Assembly: GCA_903911145.1 (NCBI GenBank)
Contig: CAIWCD010000025.1
Coordinates: forward strand, 3,891-67,890
DNA length: 64,000 bases
DNA from: an uncultured delta proteobacterium
Lineage (GTDB): Bacteria > Myxococcota > Myxococcia > Myxococcales > 40CM-4-68-19
Direction: 5' to 3'
The position numbers and the translations under genes are program-made. The notes beneath the pieces were generated by a model. That model was not told the origin of the DNA, did no database searches, and saw only the letters and a list, made by a program, of their open reading frames with translations. Below, in pieces: positions 28,162 through 37,197 of the stretch (position 1 is its first letter; the number at the start of each line of letters is the position of its first letter).

Positions 28162-28548
28162 ATGACCACGCGGAGAACGTACAGAGCCAGTTGCCATTGT
28201 GGCGCGATCCGTTTCGCCTTCACCTGCGAAGAGATCACGAGCGGCCGGAGATGCAACTGCTCCATCTGCATCCGCAAAGGCGTGGTCGTCTCCTCGAACT
28301 ATTTCCGCCCCTCGGAACTCGAAGTGGAGGGACAGGAACAGCTCGCCCGGTACCAGTTCGGGGACAAGGACGTGAACCACTTCTTCTGCCGCACCTGCGG
28401 GATATCCCCCTTCATCACAGTGGCCTCCATCCCGGCCGACTATCAAGGAGCCGCGAGGCCCGGGGACTATCGGTTAAACCTCGGCTGCGTTCACGACCTT
28501 GACGTACTCGCCCTGGATATTCAGGTCATCAACGGGAAGGCGCTCTAG
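28162..28548 (+). CDS. GFA/CENP-V family protein
   Basis: SCHCGAIRF, CNCSIC, HFFCRTCG, NLGC. Confidence 0.9.
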   Translation: MTTRRTYRASCHCGAIRFAFTCEEITSGRRCNCSICIRKGVVVSSNYFRPSELEVEGQEQLARYQFGDKDVNHFFCRTCGISPFITVASIPADYQGAARPGDYRLNLGCVHDLDVLALDIQVINGKAL

Positions 28549-28607
28549 ATGGCTTTTCCGGGCAGGGGAACACTCGGCTGTAGCTGCGGCGCTTCACGCT
28601 GCCGACT

Positions 28608-28631
28608 CGACACCCGACTTCATCGGGGTCG
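28608..28631. terminator. Possible hairpin between convergent GFA and cysE genes
   Basis: CGACACCCGA-CTTCA-TCGGGGTCG (one bulge); no U-tract. Confidence 0.25.
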
Positions 28632-28673
28632 TATGAACCAATGAATGGATGACGGCGTCGACCAACGACCGAC

Positions 28674-29396
28674 TCAGGGTTTGCGGCCGTTCACGAAATC
28701 GTCCGGCTCGACGCGCGGCGCCTCGCGACTGACCAGTCCCGCCTGCTTCTCCAGTCGCAGCAGCCGCTCGGTCAGCGCTTCGTTCTGATTCAAGAGGCCG
28801 CGAATGATCTCCTGCACCGGATCGGGAAGGCTCGCGTGGTTGAGCTGCTCCGCGAAATCCTCGCGCCGCGCGCCCCTCGCTTCGCGCGCAGGCACGCCCA
28901 CCACGGTCGCGCCCGCGGGCACATCCTTGACCACGACCGATCCCGAGCCGATGCGCGCGCCCGCACCAATCGTGATCGCGCCAAGCACGCAGGCGTTCGA
29001 ACCGATCACCGCGTTTCTCTCCAGATGCGGATGGCGCACCTTGCGCTCAAGGCTCGTGCCGCCGAGCACGACGCCCTTGTAGATGAGGCAGCCCTCGTCG
29101 ATCACCGCGGTCTCGCCGATGACGACGCCCATGCCGTGATCGATGAAGACTCCGGGCGCAATGCGCGCGCCAGGGTGGATCTCGACGCCGGTGCGGCGAC
29201 GCGACTGGTGCGCGAGAAGCCGCGCCAGGAGCGGATGACCGCGCGTCCAGAGCCCGTGCGCGATCTCGTGGATCCAGAGCGCATGCAGGCCCGGATAGGC
29301 GAGCAGCACCTCGGTGCGCGAGCGCGCCGCGGGATCGTGGTGCGGCGCGTACTCGATGTCGTTCTGGATGCGCCGCAAGAGCGCGAGCGGGTTCAC
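28674..29396 (-). CDS. cysE: Serine O-acetyltransferase
   Basis: DPAARS, YPGLHA, TGVEIHPGA, FIDHGMGVVIGETA, LGGT, RHP, VVGVPA. Confidence 0.93.
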   Translation of the reverse strand: MNPLALLRRIQNDIEYAPHHDPAARSRTEVLLAYPGLHALWIHEIAHGLWTRGHPLLARLLAHQSRRRTGVEIHPGARIAPGVFIDHGMGVVIGETAVIDEGCLIYKGVVLGGTSLERKVRHPHLERNAVIGSNACVLGAITIGAGARIGSGSVVVKDVPAGATVVGVPAREARGARREDFAEQLNHASLPDPVQEIIRGLLNQNEALTERLLRLEKQAGLVSREAPRVEPDDFVNGRKP

Positions 29397-29474
29397 GCGG
29401 CGAGATCCAAGCACGGGCGCGCGGCACAATCCATTTTCTGAAGTGCGGAGAGCACGTGCGCCGCTGCGTGCATC

Positions 29475-30287
29475 TCAGGTATCGAGCGGCACTGCGAGCG
29501 AAGGCCTGGGCCGTGCGATCTTGCGACGCGGATCATCGGCAGCGAGCGGAGCCACGGCCGTACCCAGCGCGGTGAACTCGACGACGGGCGGACTCGACCC
29601 CGACTGCTCGCCGTGCGCCGCTTCGCTCACCGTCATGCCGACGATCCCGGTCGGCGCATCTGCATTTCCCGGCGGCCAGTCGCGGAAGAGATCTTCCTGG
29701 AGCCGCTCCATCGCCAGCTCGCGCGCGTCGAAGAAGGCCTGCGTGTAGCTCAAGATCTCCTCGTCCTTGCCGCGGTGATTGCGCAGCTCGCGCGGATCGA
29801 GACCGTAGACGCAGTTGCCCATCGCCACCGTGATCGGGCGGTAACCCGACGCGAGCAGCGTGACGAAATCGGCGGCGGAGAGATCGCTGTCGAAGGGCGC
29901 GCCATTCGCCAAACGCAGACTGGGCGCGCTCCGCAAGCTCGCGGGCGCGTGCGACGAGTCGAACGAGATCGCCGTGCCGATGGCGATGCACTTCACCACC
30001 TGCCTCGCTCCACGCCAGAGGTGGTGCTCGATCTCGAGTCGCAGCTGCACGATTCCGTCGGCATGGAGAGCTTTGGCCTGCTCGCGCAGACGCGTCACCG
30101 CGATCTTCCGCGCCTCTCGCATCGCCGTGCTCAGCCGCGTGATCTCGCCCGTCTTCACCGCCCAGTCGTACTGCGTGCCTGCCGTATAGACGGCCGAGCC
30201 GACGCACAGCCCGCGCGGGAGAAATCCTGCGCGCGAGAGCGTGAGCAGCTCGGTCACCGACAGCTCGCTCAATGCCGGGACCATCAT
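29475..30287 (-). CDS. Double YbjQ/UPF0145 (heavy-metal-binding domain) protein, paralog 4
   Basis: SELSVTE..GF.P.G..VG; FDSDLS..DF..GYRP..MGNCVY; ARELAMERL; EFTALGTAV. Confidence 0.8.
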   Translation of the reverse strand: MMVPALSELSVTELLTLSRAGFLPRGLCVGSAVYTAGTQYDWAVKTGEITRLSTAMREARKIAVTRLREQAKALHADGIVQLRLEIEHHLWRGARQVVKCIAIGTAISFDSSHAPASLRSAPSLRLANGAPFDSDLSAADFVTLLASGYRPITVAMGNCVYGLDPRELRNHRGKDEEILSYTQAFFDARELAMERLQEDLFRDWPPGNADAPTGIVGMTVSEAAHGEQSGSSPPVVEFTALGTAVAPLAADDPRRKIARPRPSLAVPLDT

Positions 30288-31381
30288 TCGCCACCCTCCC
30301 CGGCCGATGCGATCTGATCATTTGCAGAGAGGATGAGCGCGGCCCGTCCGAGCTCGCCCGGCGTCGACGGCACCACCGCCGTGCCGATCACGAACAGCTC
30401 GATCACCTCGCCCGTCTGCAGCGCGGCGTTGCCGACGTTCACCGGCGTGTTGCGCCACGAGTGCTGCTCCTCGGAGACGGTCACCCCGACGACACCGACC
30501 GCGCCGAGCGCTTCTGCCTCGTCCTGCAGTCGCTCGATCGCCAGCTCGCGCGCGTCGTAGAGCGCGTGCGTGTAGTGCGTCAGCTCCGCGCTTGCGCCCG
30601 GTGTGCTCTGCAGCAGAGTCGGCGGCACGTAGTAGACGCAGTTGCCCATCACGAATCCGACGGGGCGATAGCCGCTCTTGATGAGCAGCCAGAAATCCTG
30701 GCCGGAGAGATCCGACTGGAACGGCTTGCCATGCTTGTTGCGGTAATGCTCGCCCTCGCGATGGCGAATGGCCGTGCCGACCGCGATGAACTCAGCGGTG
30801 TTCGCGCCGAGCGCGTAGCTCGCCTTCGACGTCGCCTGCTGCCACGGCGCTTGCGGCACCTGCGTCCAGCCGTTGCGCGCGGTCCACTGCTTCCACTGCG
30901 ACGCCGCGAGCGTCTCCCATCCCTGAAACCATCCCGCGGGCTGCACGGTCGGCGGACGACGAAAGCCGATCTCGTCGGCCCACTTCTTCCAGACGCGATA
31001 CTGCTGCCACTGCGCGCGCTGCGGATCGAGCGCGAGGTTGACGGTGAGCCGCACGCCGATGACGCCGTCCGCGCCGAGCGCCTCCGCCTCCTCTTCCATG
31101 CGGTTCATCGCCAACGTGCGCGCGTGATTGAGCGCCTTCGTCGTCGTCTCGAGTTCGCCCGCGGATTGGTTCTTGAGCATCCCCGGTTGCTGCGGGGCGA
31201 CATGATAAATCGACGTGCCCATCACGAGGCCCACGGGCTCGAATCCGGCCTCGCGCACGAGCACGAACTCATTCACCGAGAGGTCGCTCGTAAAGAGCTT
31301 GCGCTCCCGCATCTCGCTGAGGCGCGCGCGCGCCTGCCCTGGAAGATCCTCGGCCAGCACCGGCTGATCTTGCGTGCTCAT
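30284..31381 (-). CDS. Double YbjQ/UPF0145 protein, paralog 3, with W/Q-rich insert
   Basis: FTSDLSVNEF..GFEPVGLVMG; EAEALGADGVIGV; EFIAVGTA; FQSDLSGQDFW..GYRPVGFVMGNCVY. Confidence 0.85.
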   Translation of the reverse strand: MSTQDQPVLAEDLPGQARARLSEMRERKLFTSDLSVNEFVLVREAGFEPVGLVMGTSIYHVAPQQPGMLKNQSAGELETTTKALNHARTLAMNRMEEEAEALGADGVIGVRLTVNLALDPQRAQWQQYRVWKKWADEIGFRRPPTVQPAGWFQGWETLAASQWKQWTARNGWTQVPQAPWQQATSKASYALGANTAEFIAVGTAIRHREGEHYRNKHGKPFQSDLSGQDFWLLIKSGYRPVGFVMGNCVYYVPPTLLQSTPGASAELTHYTHALYDARELAIERLQDEAEALGAVGVVGVTVSEEQHSWRNTPVNVGNAALQTGEVIELFVIGTAVVPSTPGELGRAALILSANDQIASAGEGGE

Positions 31382-32403
31382 TCGCCGCCCTCGTCTGCCT
31401 CGAGCGCAGCCTCTTCGGCCTCCTCGGCGGCGATGCGCACTTCGTCCTCATCGTCGTCGTCGTCGATGAGCGCGGCCCGTCGATGTCCGAGCGGCATCAT
31501 CGAAAGAATGAGCGGCGGCGTCGTGTGGTGATCGCGCTCGACACCGGGCACGCGGCGCACGCCAGTCGCGAGCCAGCTCACGTCGACATCGAGATCATCG
31601 AGAGGACAGCCGCCCGAGCCGCACGGCACCTCGCGCACCGAGATCTTCAGATCGCTTCCGACGACGAACTCGGCCTGCTGCTGCTGGGCCTGCTCGAGCA
31701 GACGATCGCGCGCGATGTTGCGCGCCTGCAGCACCGCATCGCTCGCCGCTTTGATCTCGAGCGGACCGGCGCCGATCGGCTTGCGAGAGCCGGAGCCGGG
31801 GCTCTCTCCCGTCACGTGCCAGACGTGGTAGCGGCAGAACTCGAAGAGGAAACCAGTCGGCTCGAAGCCGTCCTGCGCGAGCGCCCAGAGATCCTGCCCG
31901 GAGAGATCGGTGACGATCGGCGAGTTGGGCGGATGCGTGATCCACGGCGCGCGCACCGCGGTGCCGACTGCGGTGAACTCGAGGATCTCGCCCCCGTCGT
32001 CGCCGCCCTTGCCGCGGCTGCCCATCGTGATCATGCGATCGCGCAGATGCACGCCGACCACCGCGTCCGCGCCGACGAGCGCCGCCTCTTGAAACAGTCT
32101 CGAGATGGCCGCCTTTCTCGAGGCGCGGTGCGCGTCTCCGATGACTTTGATCTCGCCGGTCTTGCCCTTGTAGTCGGGGATCTGCCCGACGTGGAAAATG
32201 CTGCTGCCCATCACCTGCGAAATCGGCTCGCACTGGGCCTGCCTGCAGAGAACGAACTCGCGCACCGAGAGGTCGCTCGTAAAGAGGCGGCGATGAACGC
32301 CCGTCTCATCACCAAGCCGCTGCTCGGCACGCAGTGGCAATCCTCCCTCGGCGACGCGCTTGAGGCTCGCCTTCAGATCGATCGGCGGACGGTTCGAACT
32401 CAT
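31378..32403 (-). CDS. Double YbjQ/UPF0145 protein, paralog 2, with acidic tail
   Basis: FTSDLSVREF..EPISQVMGSSIFHVG; GADAVVGV; EFTAVGTAV; TDLSGQDLW; poly-D/E C-terminus. Confidence 0.85.
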   Translation of the reverse strand: MSSNRPPIDLKASLKRVAEGGLPLRAEQRLGDETGVHRRLFTSDLSVREFVLCRQAQCEPISQVMGSSIFHVGQIPDYKGKTGEIKVIGDAHRASRKAAISRLFQEAALVGADAVVGVHLRDRMITMGSRGKGGDDGGEILEFTAVGTAVRAPWITHPPNSPIVTDLSGQDLWALAQDGFEPTGFLFEFCRYHVWHVTGESPGSGSRKPIGAGPLEIKAASDAVLQARNIARDRLLEQAQQQQAEFVVGSDLKISVREVPCGSGGCPLDDLDVDVSWLATGVRRVPGVERDHHTTPPLILSMMPLGHRRAALIDDDDDEDEVRIAAEEAEEAALEADEGGE

Positions 32404-33219
32404 CTAGTCGCCCACCGACAGGACGAGGTGCGGCTTGGCGATGTGATGGTCCTCGCGGATCGCAATGACGGCCGTGCCGACGGCGCTGAACTCGAGGACG
32501 CTGGGACCCCAGGTGTGGTTGTTCTCGTCGACGAAGACTCCGACGATTCCGGCGGCGCCGAGCGCTTCCGCTTCAGCCTGCATGCGCTCCATCGCCAGCT
32601 CGCGCGCGTCGTAGAACGCCTGCGTCGGACCCGTGAGCTCGCCGTTTTCCGGAGGGCGCACGTCAGCGCGACCGACGTTGTAGACGCAGTTGCCCATCAC
32701 GAATCCGAGCGGTCGATATCCCGCAGAGAGCAGCGTCCAGAAATCCTGCCCGGAGAGATCGCTGGTGAACGGCTTTCCGTCAGCGCCACGAAACGAGGTA
32801 CCGGGAGCGCCGCGCACGGCCGTGCCGATCGCGACGAACTCGATGACGTTCGCGCCCCACGCGTGCACGTTGAGCGTGAGCCGCACCGCGACGATTCCGT
32901 CTGCACCCAGCTCGTCGGCCTCGGCCTCCATGCGCTCCATCGCCAGCTCGCGCGCGCTGTACATCGCCTGCGTGAGTGTTGTGATCTCTCCACTCGCGGC
33001 GTTGTTGTCGAGCTGCGCGCCGATGTGAAAAATGCTGCTGCCCATCACGAGACCGAGCGGCTCGAAGCCCGCCTCCTTGACGAGCAGAAACTCGTTCACC
33101 GAGAGGTCGCTGGTGAAGAAGCGATGCTCCCGCATCTCCGCGAGGCGCTCGCGCGCGTGCTTCGGAAGCGAAGCGGACTGCACGCGCGACTGGGCCGACT
33201 GATCGTTCGGAGAGGTCAT
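32404..33219 (-). CDS. Double YbjQ/UPF0145 protein, paralog 1
   Basis: Two clean repeats of FTSDLS...P.G.VMG...ARELAMERM.AEA..LGA.GIV...EF.A.GTAV. Confidence 0.88.
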   Translation of the reverse strand: MTSPNDQSAQSRVQSASLPKHARERLAEMREHRFFTSDLSVNEFLLVKEAGFEPLGLVMGSSIFHIGAQLDNNAASGEITTLTQAMYSARELAMERMEAEADELGADGIVAVRLTLNVHAWGANVIEFVAIGTAVRGAPGTSFRGADGKPFTSDLSGQDFWTLLSAGYRPLGFVMGNCVYNVGRADVRPPENGELTGPTQAFYDARELAMERMQAEAEALGAAGIVGVFVDENNHTWGPSVLEFSAVGTAVIAIREDHHIAKPHLVLSVGD

Positions 33220-33221
33220 GT

Positions 33222-33680
33222 TCAGCCCGCCTTGAGTTGCGCGAGGACCTGCGCCACGCGCGCGTTTTCATTCGCATGCACTGCAAGCGCACGCGTCAGC
33301 ATCTCAACCCAGCGATCGAACGGCAGCGTCGCCGTCTTGAGCGCGATCCCGCGCACCATCTTCTTGTGCTGCGCGATGATCCCGTGCGGCTCGCGCTTCG
33401 CGACGAACATGTCGATGTCGAGATTGAGCTCGAACAGCTCGAGCTTCTCGCCCATCGATTCGAACTTCGTGCGCCCGTTGAACCCGTGATGCAGCGAGTG
33501 CGCGAGCCGGTACATGAACTCTTCGATGTTCTGCAGATCGAGACGCAGGCCCGCCGCGAGCTGCTCTCCGTCGATGGCGACCTGCGTCTGCGCGCCACAA
33601 TATTCGCATGCGTGAATACGGGCATCGGCAGCGGGCTTCATCATCGCGCCGCAACTGGGGCAACGGATCGGGGCGGTCAT
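33222..33680 (-). CDS. Zinc-ribbon protein (CPSC...CEYC) with uncharacterised C-terminal domain
   Basis: CxxC-x12-CxxC; ...VRGIALKT..L.FDRWVEMLTRALA; coupled to its neighbours. Confidence 0.75.
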   Translation of the reverse strand: MTAPIRCPSCGAMMKPAADARIHACEYCGAQTQVAIDGEQLAAGLRLDLQNIEEFMYRLAHSLHHGFNGRTKFESMGEKLELFELNLDIDMFVAKREPHGIIAQHKKMVRGIALKTATLPFDRWVEMLTRALAVHANENARVAQVLAQLKAG

Positions 33681-34096
33681 GGCTTTCCTGTCGCAAGTGA
33701 GGCCGCAGCGGGCAGGCCGATACCGAGCCCGACGACGGCAATATTCGCGGGGTCGCGCGGGTCGACGCGCAGCTCCACGGTGGCGCCCGGCAGCACGTCG
33801 CGCACGAGATTTCCCGGAATGAGCACCATCGTTCCCACCTCATAGGGCGCCTTGCCCGGGAGTTCGACGTCAAGGAGTACCTCGCGCCGCTCGAAGCGAA
33901 CCAGCGGCATCCCCATGCTGCTGCGCATGCCGCCGGCCTGGCGAACGCCGGTGTTGTTCACCGAGAGAAAGATCCCGCGCGCCTGCACGCCGCTGCTCAT
34001 CAGCTTCTGGTAGGCCGCGGCGGCCTGGCCGTTGCTGCGGCCTGCGATCATCATGATCGCCATCACGACAAAGCCGATAAAGAAGAGAGCAAACAA
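33677..34096 (-). CDS. Single-TM membrane protein (DUF3592-like beta domain)
   Basis: TTG start after AAGGAA; MFALFFIGFVVMAIMMIAG; PG.APYEV...PGATVELRVDPRDP; ATGA overlap with the next gene. Confidence 0.65.
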   Translation of the reverse strand: MFALFFIGFVVMAIMMIAGRSNGQAAAAYQKLMSSGVQARGIFLSVNNTGVRQAGGMRSSMGMPLVRFERREVLLDVELPGKAPYEVGTMVLIPGNLVRDVLPGATVELRVDPRDPANIAVVGLGIGLPAAASLATGKP

Positions 34097-34204
34097 TCCG
34101 GGTTCCTTGGTTGGGGCGAAGACGGTAGCGCGCCCAGTGCTGACCCAGCAAGGCGTCCTGCGTTGTCGCCCATCTTCGCCGTTGCGGGTGTTAGTTTGGC
34201 CCGC

Positions 34205-34669
34205 GTGAACAACCCAGCCGAGCTGAATGCCGCCGATGCGATCAATGCCATGCACGAGGGGACGTGGGCGGCCACGCTCGGTCTGAAGCTCCTGCACGCA
34301 TCGCGCGACGAGGTCATCGGAGAGTTTGAGATCCGTCCCGATCACAGACAGCCTCACGGCATCGTTCATGGCGGCGTCTACTCCAGCGCAATCGAATCGC
34401 TCGCGTCGATCGGCGCGGCGCTCGACGCCCTGGCGCACGGCAGGACAGCGGTGGGTCTGGAGAACCACACGACGTTCGTGCGCGCCGTCCGCGAGGGTGT
34501 GCTGCGTGGAACCGCGCGGCCACTCACGCGCGGACGCAGAACACAGGCCTGGGAGGTCACGCTCACGACGACGGAGGGCGCGCTCGTTGCCACCGGCCGC
34601 GTGCGGCTTCTCGTCCTCGAACCGGAATCAACCGTCGCAGGCGCAGCGCTCGGCACGAACGTGGAATAG
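34205..34669 (+). CDS. PaaI-family thioesterase
   Basis: HRQPHGIVHGGVY..IES.ASIG, VGLEN.T.FVR, GRRTQ.W. Confidence 0.92.
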   Translation: MNNPAELNAADAINAMHEGTWAATLGLKLLHASRDEVIGEFEIRPDHRQPHGIVHGGVYSSAIESLASIGAALDALAHGRTAVGLENHTTFVRAVREGVLRGTARPLTRGRRTQAWEVTLTTTEGALVATGRVRLLVLEPESTVAGAALGTNVE

Positions 34670-34712
34670 AGAGAAGCGTTGGTGGAGCTGTATCAACAGG
34701 GTTGGCGGCATC

Positions 34713-35987
34713 TCAGGACTCGTGGAAGTCGAGATCGACGCCGAAAGACTCCGGCAATGTCGCGAGGCCGATGAACGCGATCACCAGCGTGACCGCACCC
34801 ACCACGATCGCCGCGACGATCACACCGCTGCCGGCCGCGAGCGCCTTGAACGACAGCGTCAGGAGGGGGACCGCGCCGCGCACGAAGTTCGGCACTGTCG
34901 TCGTCGCAGTCGCACGGAGATTCGTTCCAAACAACTCCGCCGCGGTCGACACGAACAGTGCCCAGTACCCCGTCGCCACTCCGGCCACAACACAGAGAGC
35001 GTAGAACACGGTCAGCGACGTTCCACCGACCCAGAAGAAGAGGGTCAGCGCGACCACAGCACCGGCCAGGAAGATGGCCAGTGCCTTCTTTCTTGATCTC
35101 AGACTCTGGCTGAGTAGTCCGCAGCCCAGGCCACCCAGCGAGCAGCCAGCATAGCAGCAGAACAGCGCCGTTGCAGGCGTCGGCGCAGGTGTAAGGCCCA
35201 GCTTCGCACCGATGATGTCAGCGAAAGTGAATGGAATTCCTATGACGTACCAGACCGGAATTCCTACCGCGATGATGGCCAGATACCGGGTGAACCTCAG
35301 ACGGTTCGTAAAGAGCGACAGGAATCGCCCGCGTGGAACATTCTGGTCTGCCGCGGCCGCACGGAACATTCCCGATTCCACCACGCCAATGCGCAGCGCG
35401 AGCAGCAGGAGGCCCATCGCGCCTCCGATAAAGTAGGCGACGCGCCAACCCGGATGCGGCAGGCCCGTGAATGCGCCTCCGATGACGCCAGCAAGCAGGC
35501 CTCCGGAAACGCCGATCGCGCCGACGAGCGTCGTGCCGATGCCGCGGTTCTCTCTTCCCATCAATTCTGAGACCAGCGTGACTCCCGCTCCCAGCTCTCC
35601 CGCGAGGCCAACTCCCGCGATCAACCGCCACGCCGCATAGGCATCAACCGAATGCACCATCCCGTTCGCGAGGTTCGCCAGCGAATAGAGGGTGATCGAT
35701 CCGAAGAGGACGGAGAGGCGCCCGCGCTTATCGCCTAGAATGCCCCAGAGAATGCCGCCGACGAGCATTCCACCCATCTGCATGTTGAGCAGGTAGATGC
35801 CCTGGTTGGTCAGCAGATCCTTACAGGCCGGAGAGTCGAGCGGTAGGCCCGCGCAGACTCCGAGGTCGAGCAGGCTCGGCCTGCGCACCATTCCGAAGAG
35901 GATCAGGTCGTAGATATCAACCAGATAACCCAGGCTCGCGACAATCACTGCGAGCGTGACGGCACGCCTTGTTTGCGGAGTGTGCAT
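34713..35987 (-). CDS. MFS transporter
   Basis: GILGDKRGR motif A, AGVGLAGELG, ~12 TM helices, ELFGTNLRAT. Confidence 0.92.
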   Translation of the reverse strand: MHTPQTRRAVTLAVIVASLGYLVDIYDLILFGMVRRPSLLDLGVCAGLPLDSPACKDLLTNQGIYLLNMQMGGMLVGGILWGILGDKRGRLSVLFGSITLYSLANLANGMVHSVDAYAAWRLIAGVGLAGELGAGVTLVSELMGRENRGIGTTLVGAIGVSGGLLAGVIGGAFTGLPHPGWRVAYFIGGAMGLLLLALRIGVVESGMFRAAAADQNVPRGRFLSLFTNRLRFTRYLAIIAVGIPVWYVIGIPFTFADIIGAKLGLTPAPTPATALFCCYAGCSLGGLGCGLLSQSLRSRKKALAIFLAGAVVALTLFFWVGGTSLTVFYALCVVAGVATGYWALFVSTAAELFGTNLRATATTTVPNFVRGAVPLLTLSFKALAAGSGVIVAAIVVGAVTLVIAFIGLATLPESFGVDLDFHES

Positions 35988-36084
35988 ACCAGAAAGGACA
36001 TGCCACGAAAGCCGCGAGCGACGCGCGCCTTTTCGTCCTGCCCTCGGCACCCGCAACGCGCCGAGGGATGCAACCAGAGAACGA

Positions 36085-36711
36085 CTAACCGTAGGTGAAC
36101 GTCAGCGCGGCAAGTCCAGTGAAGGTCTTGTAGGTCGCCGAGTTGGTGTCGTTGTTGTTGTCGCGATTTCCTCCGCCGATTCCCTGCAGCGAGATCCCCA
36201 ACCCGAGCCGGTCTGAGATCCACCACTGCTTACCCAACGTGACCGTAGCCGCAAGACCGACGTCGCTGTGACTGTCGCTGCCGTCGCTGTTGGTTACCGC
36301 CAGTCGGGTCAGATCCAGAGACACTCCGAGGAACAGATTCGCAGGCATGAGAAAGAATCCAATACCCAACCCGAGGCCTCCATAGTTCAACGTGGTGTTC
36401 TTCGCGATCGAGTTGCTCCCTGCAAACTGCACGTTGGGATTCGGGCAGGCCATCCCCCAGACCTCTCCGTAGAGGACAAGATTCGGGGCAATCGCTCCAC
36501 CGAGTGCAGCACCGAGCATTCCCGTTCCGCCAGTGCTGGTTGCTGTCACACCCGCATAGTTCGCGCTGGCGTGGAGATATCCGATTCCGCCCTCAACGCG
36601 GACGAACAGTCCGTCGTGGGATTCGGAGTGCCGGTCATCATCGGCACGGGCAGAGGTTGCTGCAGTGCAGAGGGCTAGAGAGATCGCAATCGCGATGGAT
36701 GCGCGCATCAT
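36085..36711 (-). CDS. Outer-membrane beta-barrel protein
   Basis: Signal peptide, HDGLFVR, alternating beta strands, GKQWWIS, terminal FTYG. Confidence 0.75.
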   Translation of the reverse strand: MMRASIAIAISLALCTAATSARADDDRHSESHDGLFVRVEGGIGYLHASANYAGVTATSTGGTGMLGAALGGAIAPNLVLYGEVWGMACPNPNVQFAGSNSIAKNTTLNYGGLGLGIGFFLMPANLFLGVSLDLTRLAVTNSDGSDSHSDVGLAATVTLGKQWWISDRLGLGISLQGIGGGNRDNNNDTNSATYKTFTGLAALTFTYG

Positions 36712-36774
36712 TGACTCCTGAATCACAACGGTTTGGAAGGACGACGTTCAACAAGAGCGGCCAGCGGCGGACGC

Positions 36775-36954
36775 TCAGGCAGCGATGGTCAGTAAGGGGT
36801 GAGAGGCTCGTCTTGCGGCGCGCAGCAGGCGTGCGACGGCCTGGCTGGCCAGTCGAGAGACCTCGCGCGGATCGTTGAGTTCCCGCGTCGCGCCGTCGAA
36901 TGCGGAGGCAATCAGGTTGCCGAGTCTTGCGAACTTGTAATCGTGGTTGGTCAT
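36775..36954 (-). CDS. Small 59-aa hypothetical protein (below the ORF-track cutoff)
   Basis: MTNHDYKFARLGNLIASAFDGATRELNDPREVSRLASQAVARLLRAARRASHPLLTIAA; helical, preceded by a sigma54-like motif. Confidence 0.6.
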   Translation of the reverse strand: MTNHDYKFARLGNLIASAFDGATRELNDPREVSRLASQAVARLLRAARRASHPLLTIAA

Positions 36955-36966
36955 TCCCGGTTGCTA

Positions 36967-36982
36967 TTCACTGACCGTGCCA
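36967..36982 (-). promoter_or_regulatory. Putative sigma54 promoter (variant -12)
   Basis: TGGCACGGTCAGTGAA(TAGC). Confidence 0.5.
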
Positions 36983-37055
36983 GCCGCTCCACCCTCAACG
37001 GTCGCTCATAGGATGCGCGCTGGGCGCGGTCACTGCGCCTGTTGTGCGATCTCAC

Positions 37056-37079
37056 CGTTCAGCGAACGCCTCGCGAACG
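37056..37079. promoter_or_regulatory. CGTTCAGCGAACG plus a TCGCGAACG partial site (candidate upstream activator site)
   Basis: Lies between two divergent sigma54 motifs. Confidence 0.45.
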
Positions 37080-37181
37080 CTTTCCCACCACAGTTGGTCG
37101 GCCACGGCCAGGACCGCTGCTCCAGCCCTTGAGTCTGAGATCCGCGCAGATGCGTCCGTCGTCATTCAGCGCGCGGCGTCG

Positions 37182-37197
37182 TGGCACTGCGCTTGCT
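37182..37197 (+). promoter_or_regulatory. Putative sigma54 promoter
   Basis: TGGCACTGCGCTTGCT, near-perfect consensus. Confidence 0.75.

Noticed and set aside
31483-33489. 668-aa plus-strand ORF
   Set aside because: Antisense to the YbjQ genes; expected from stop-poor reverse frames.
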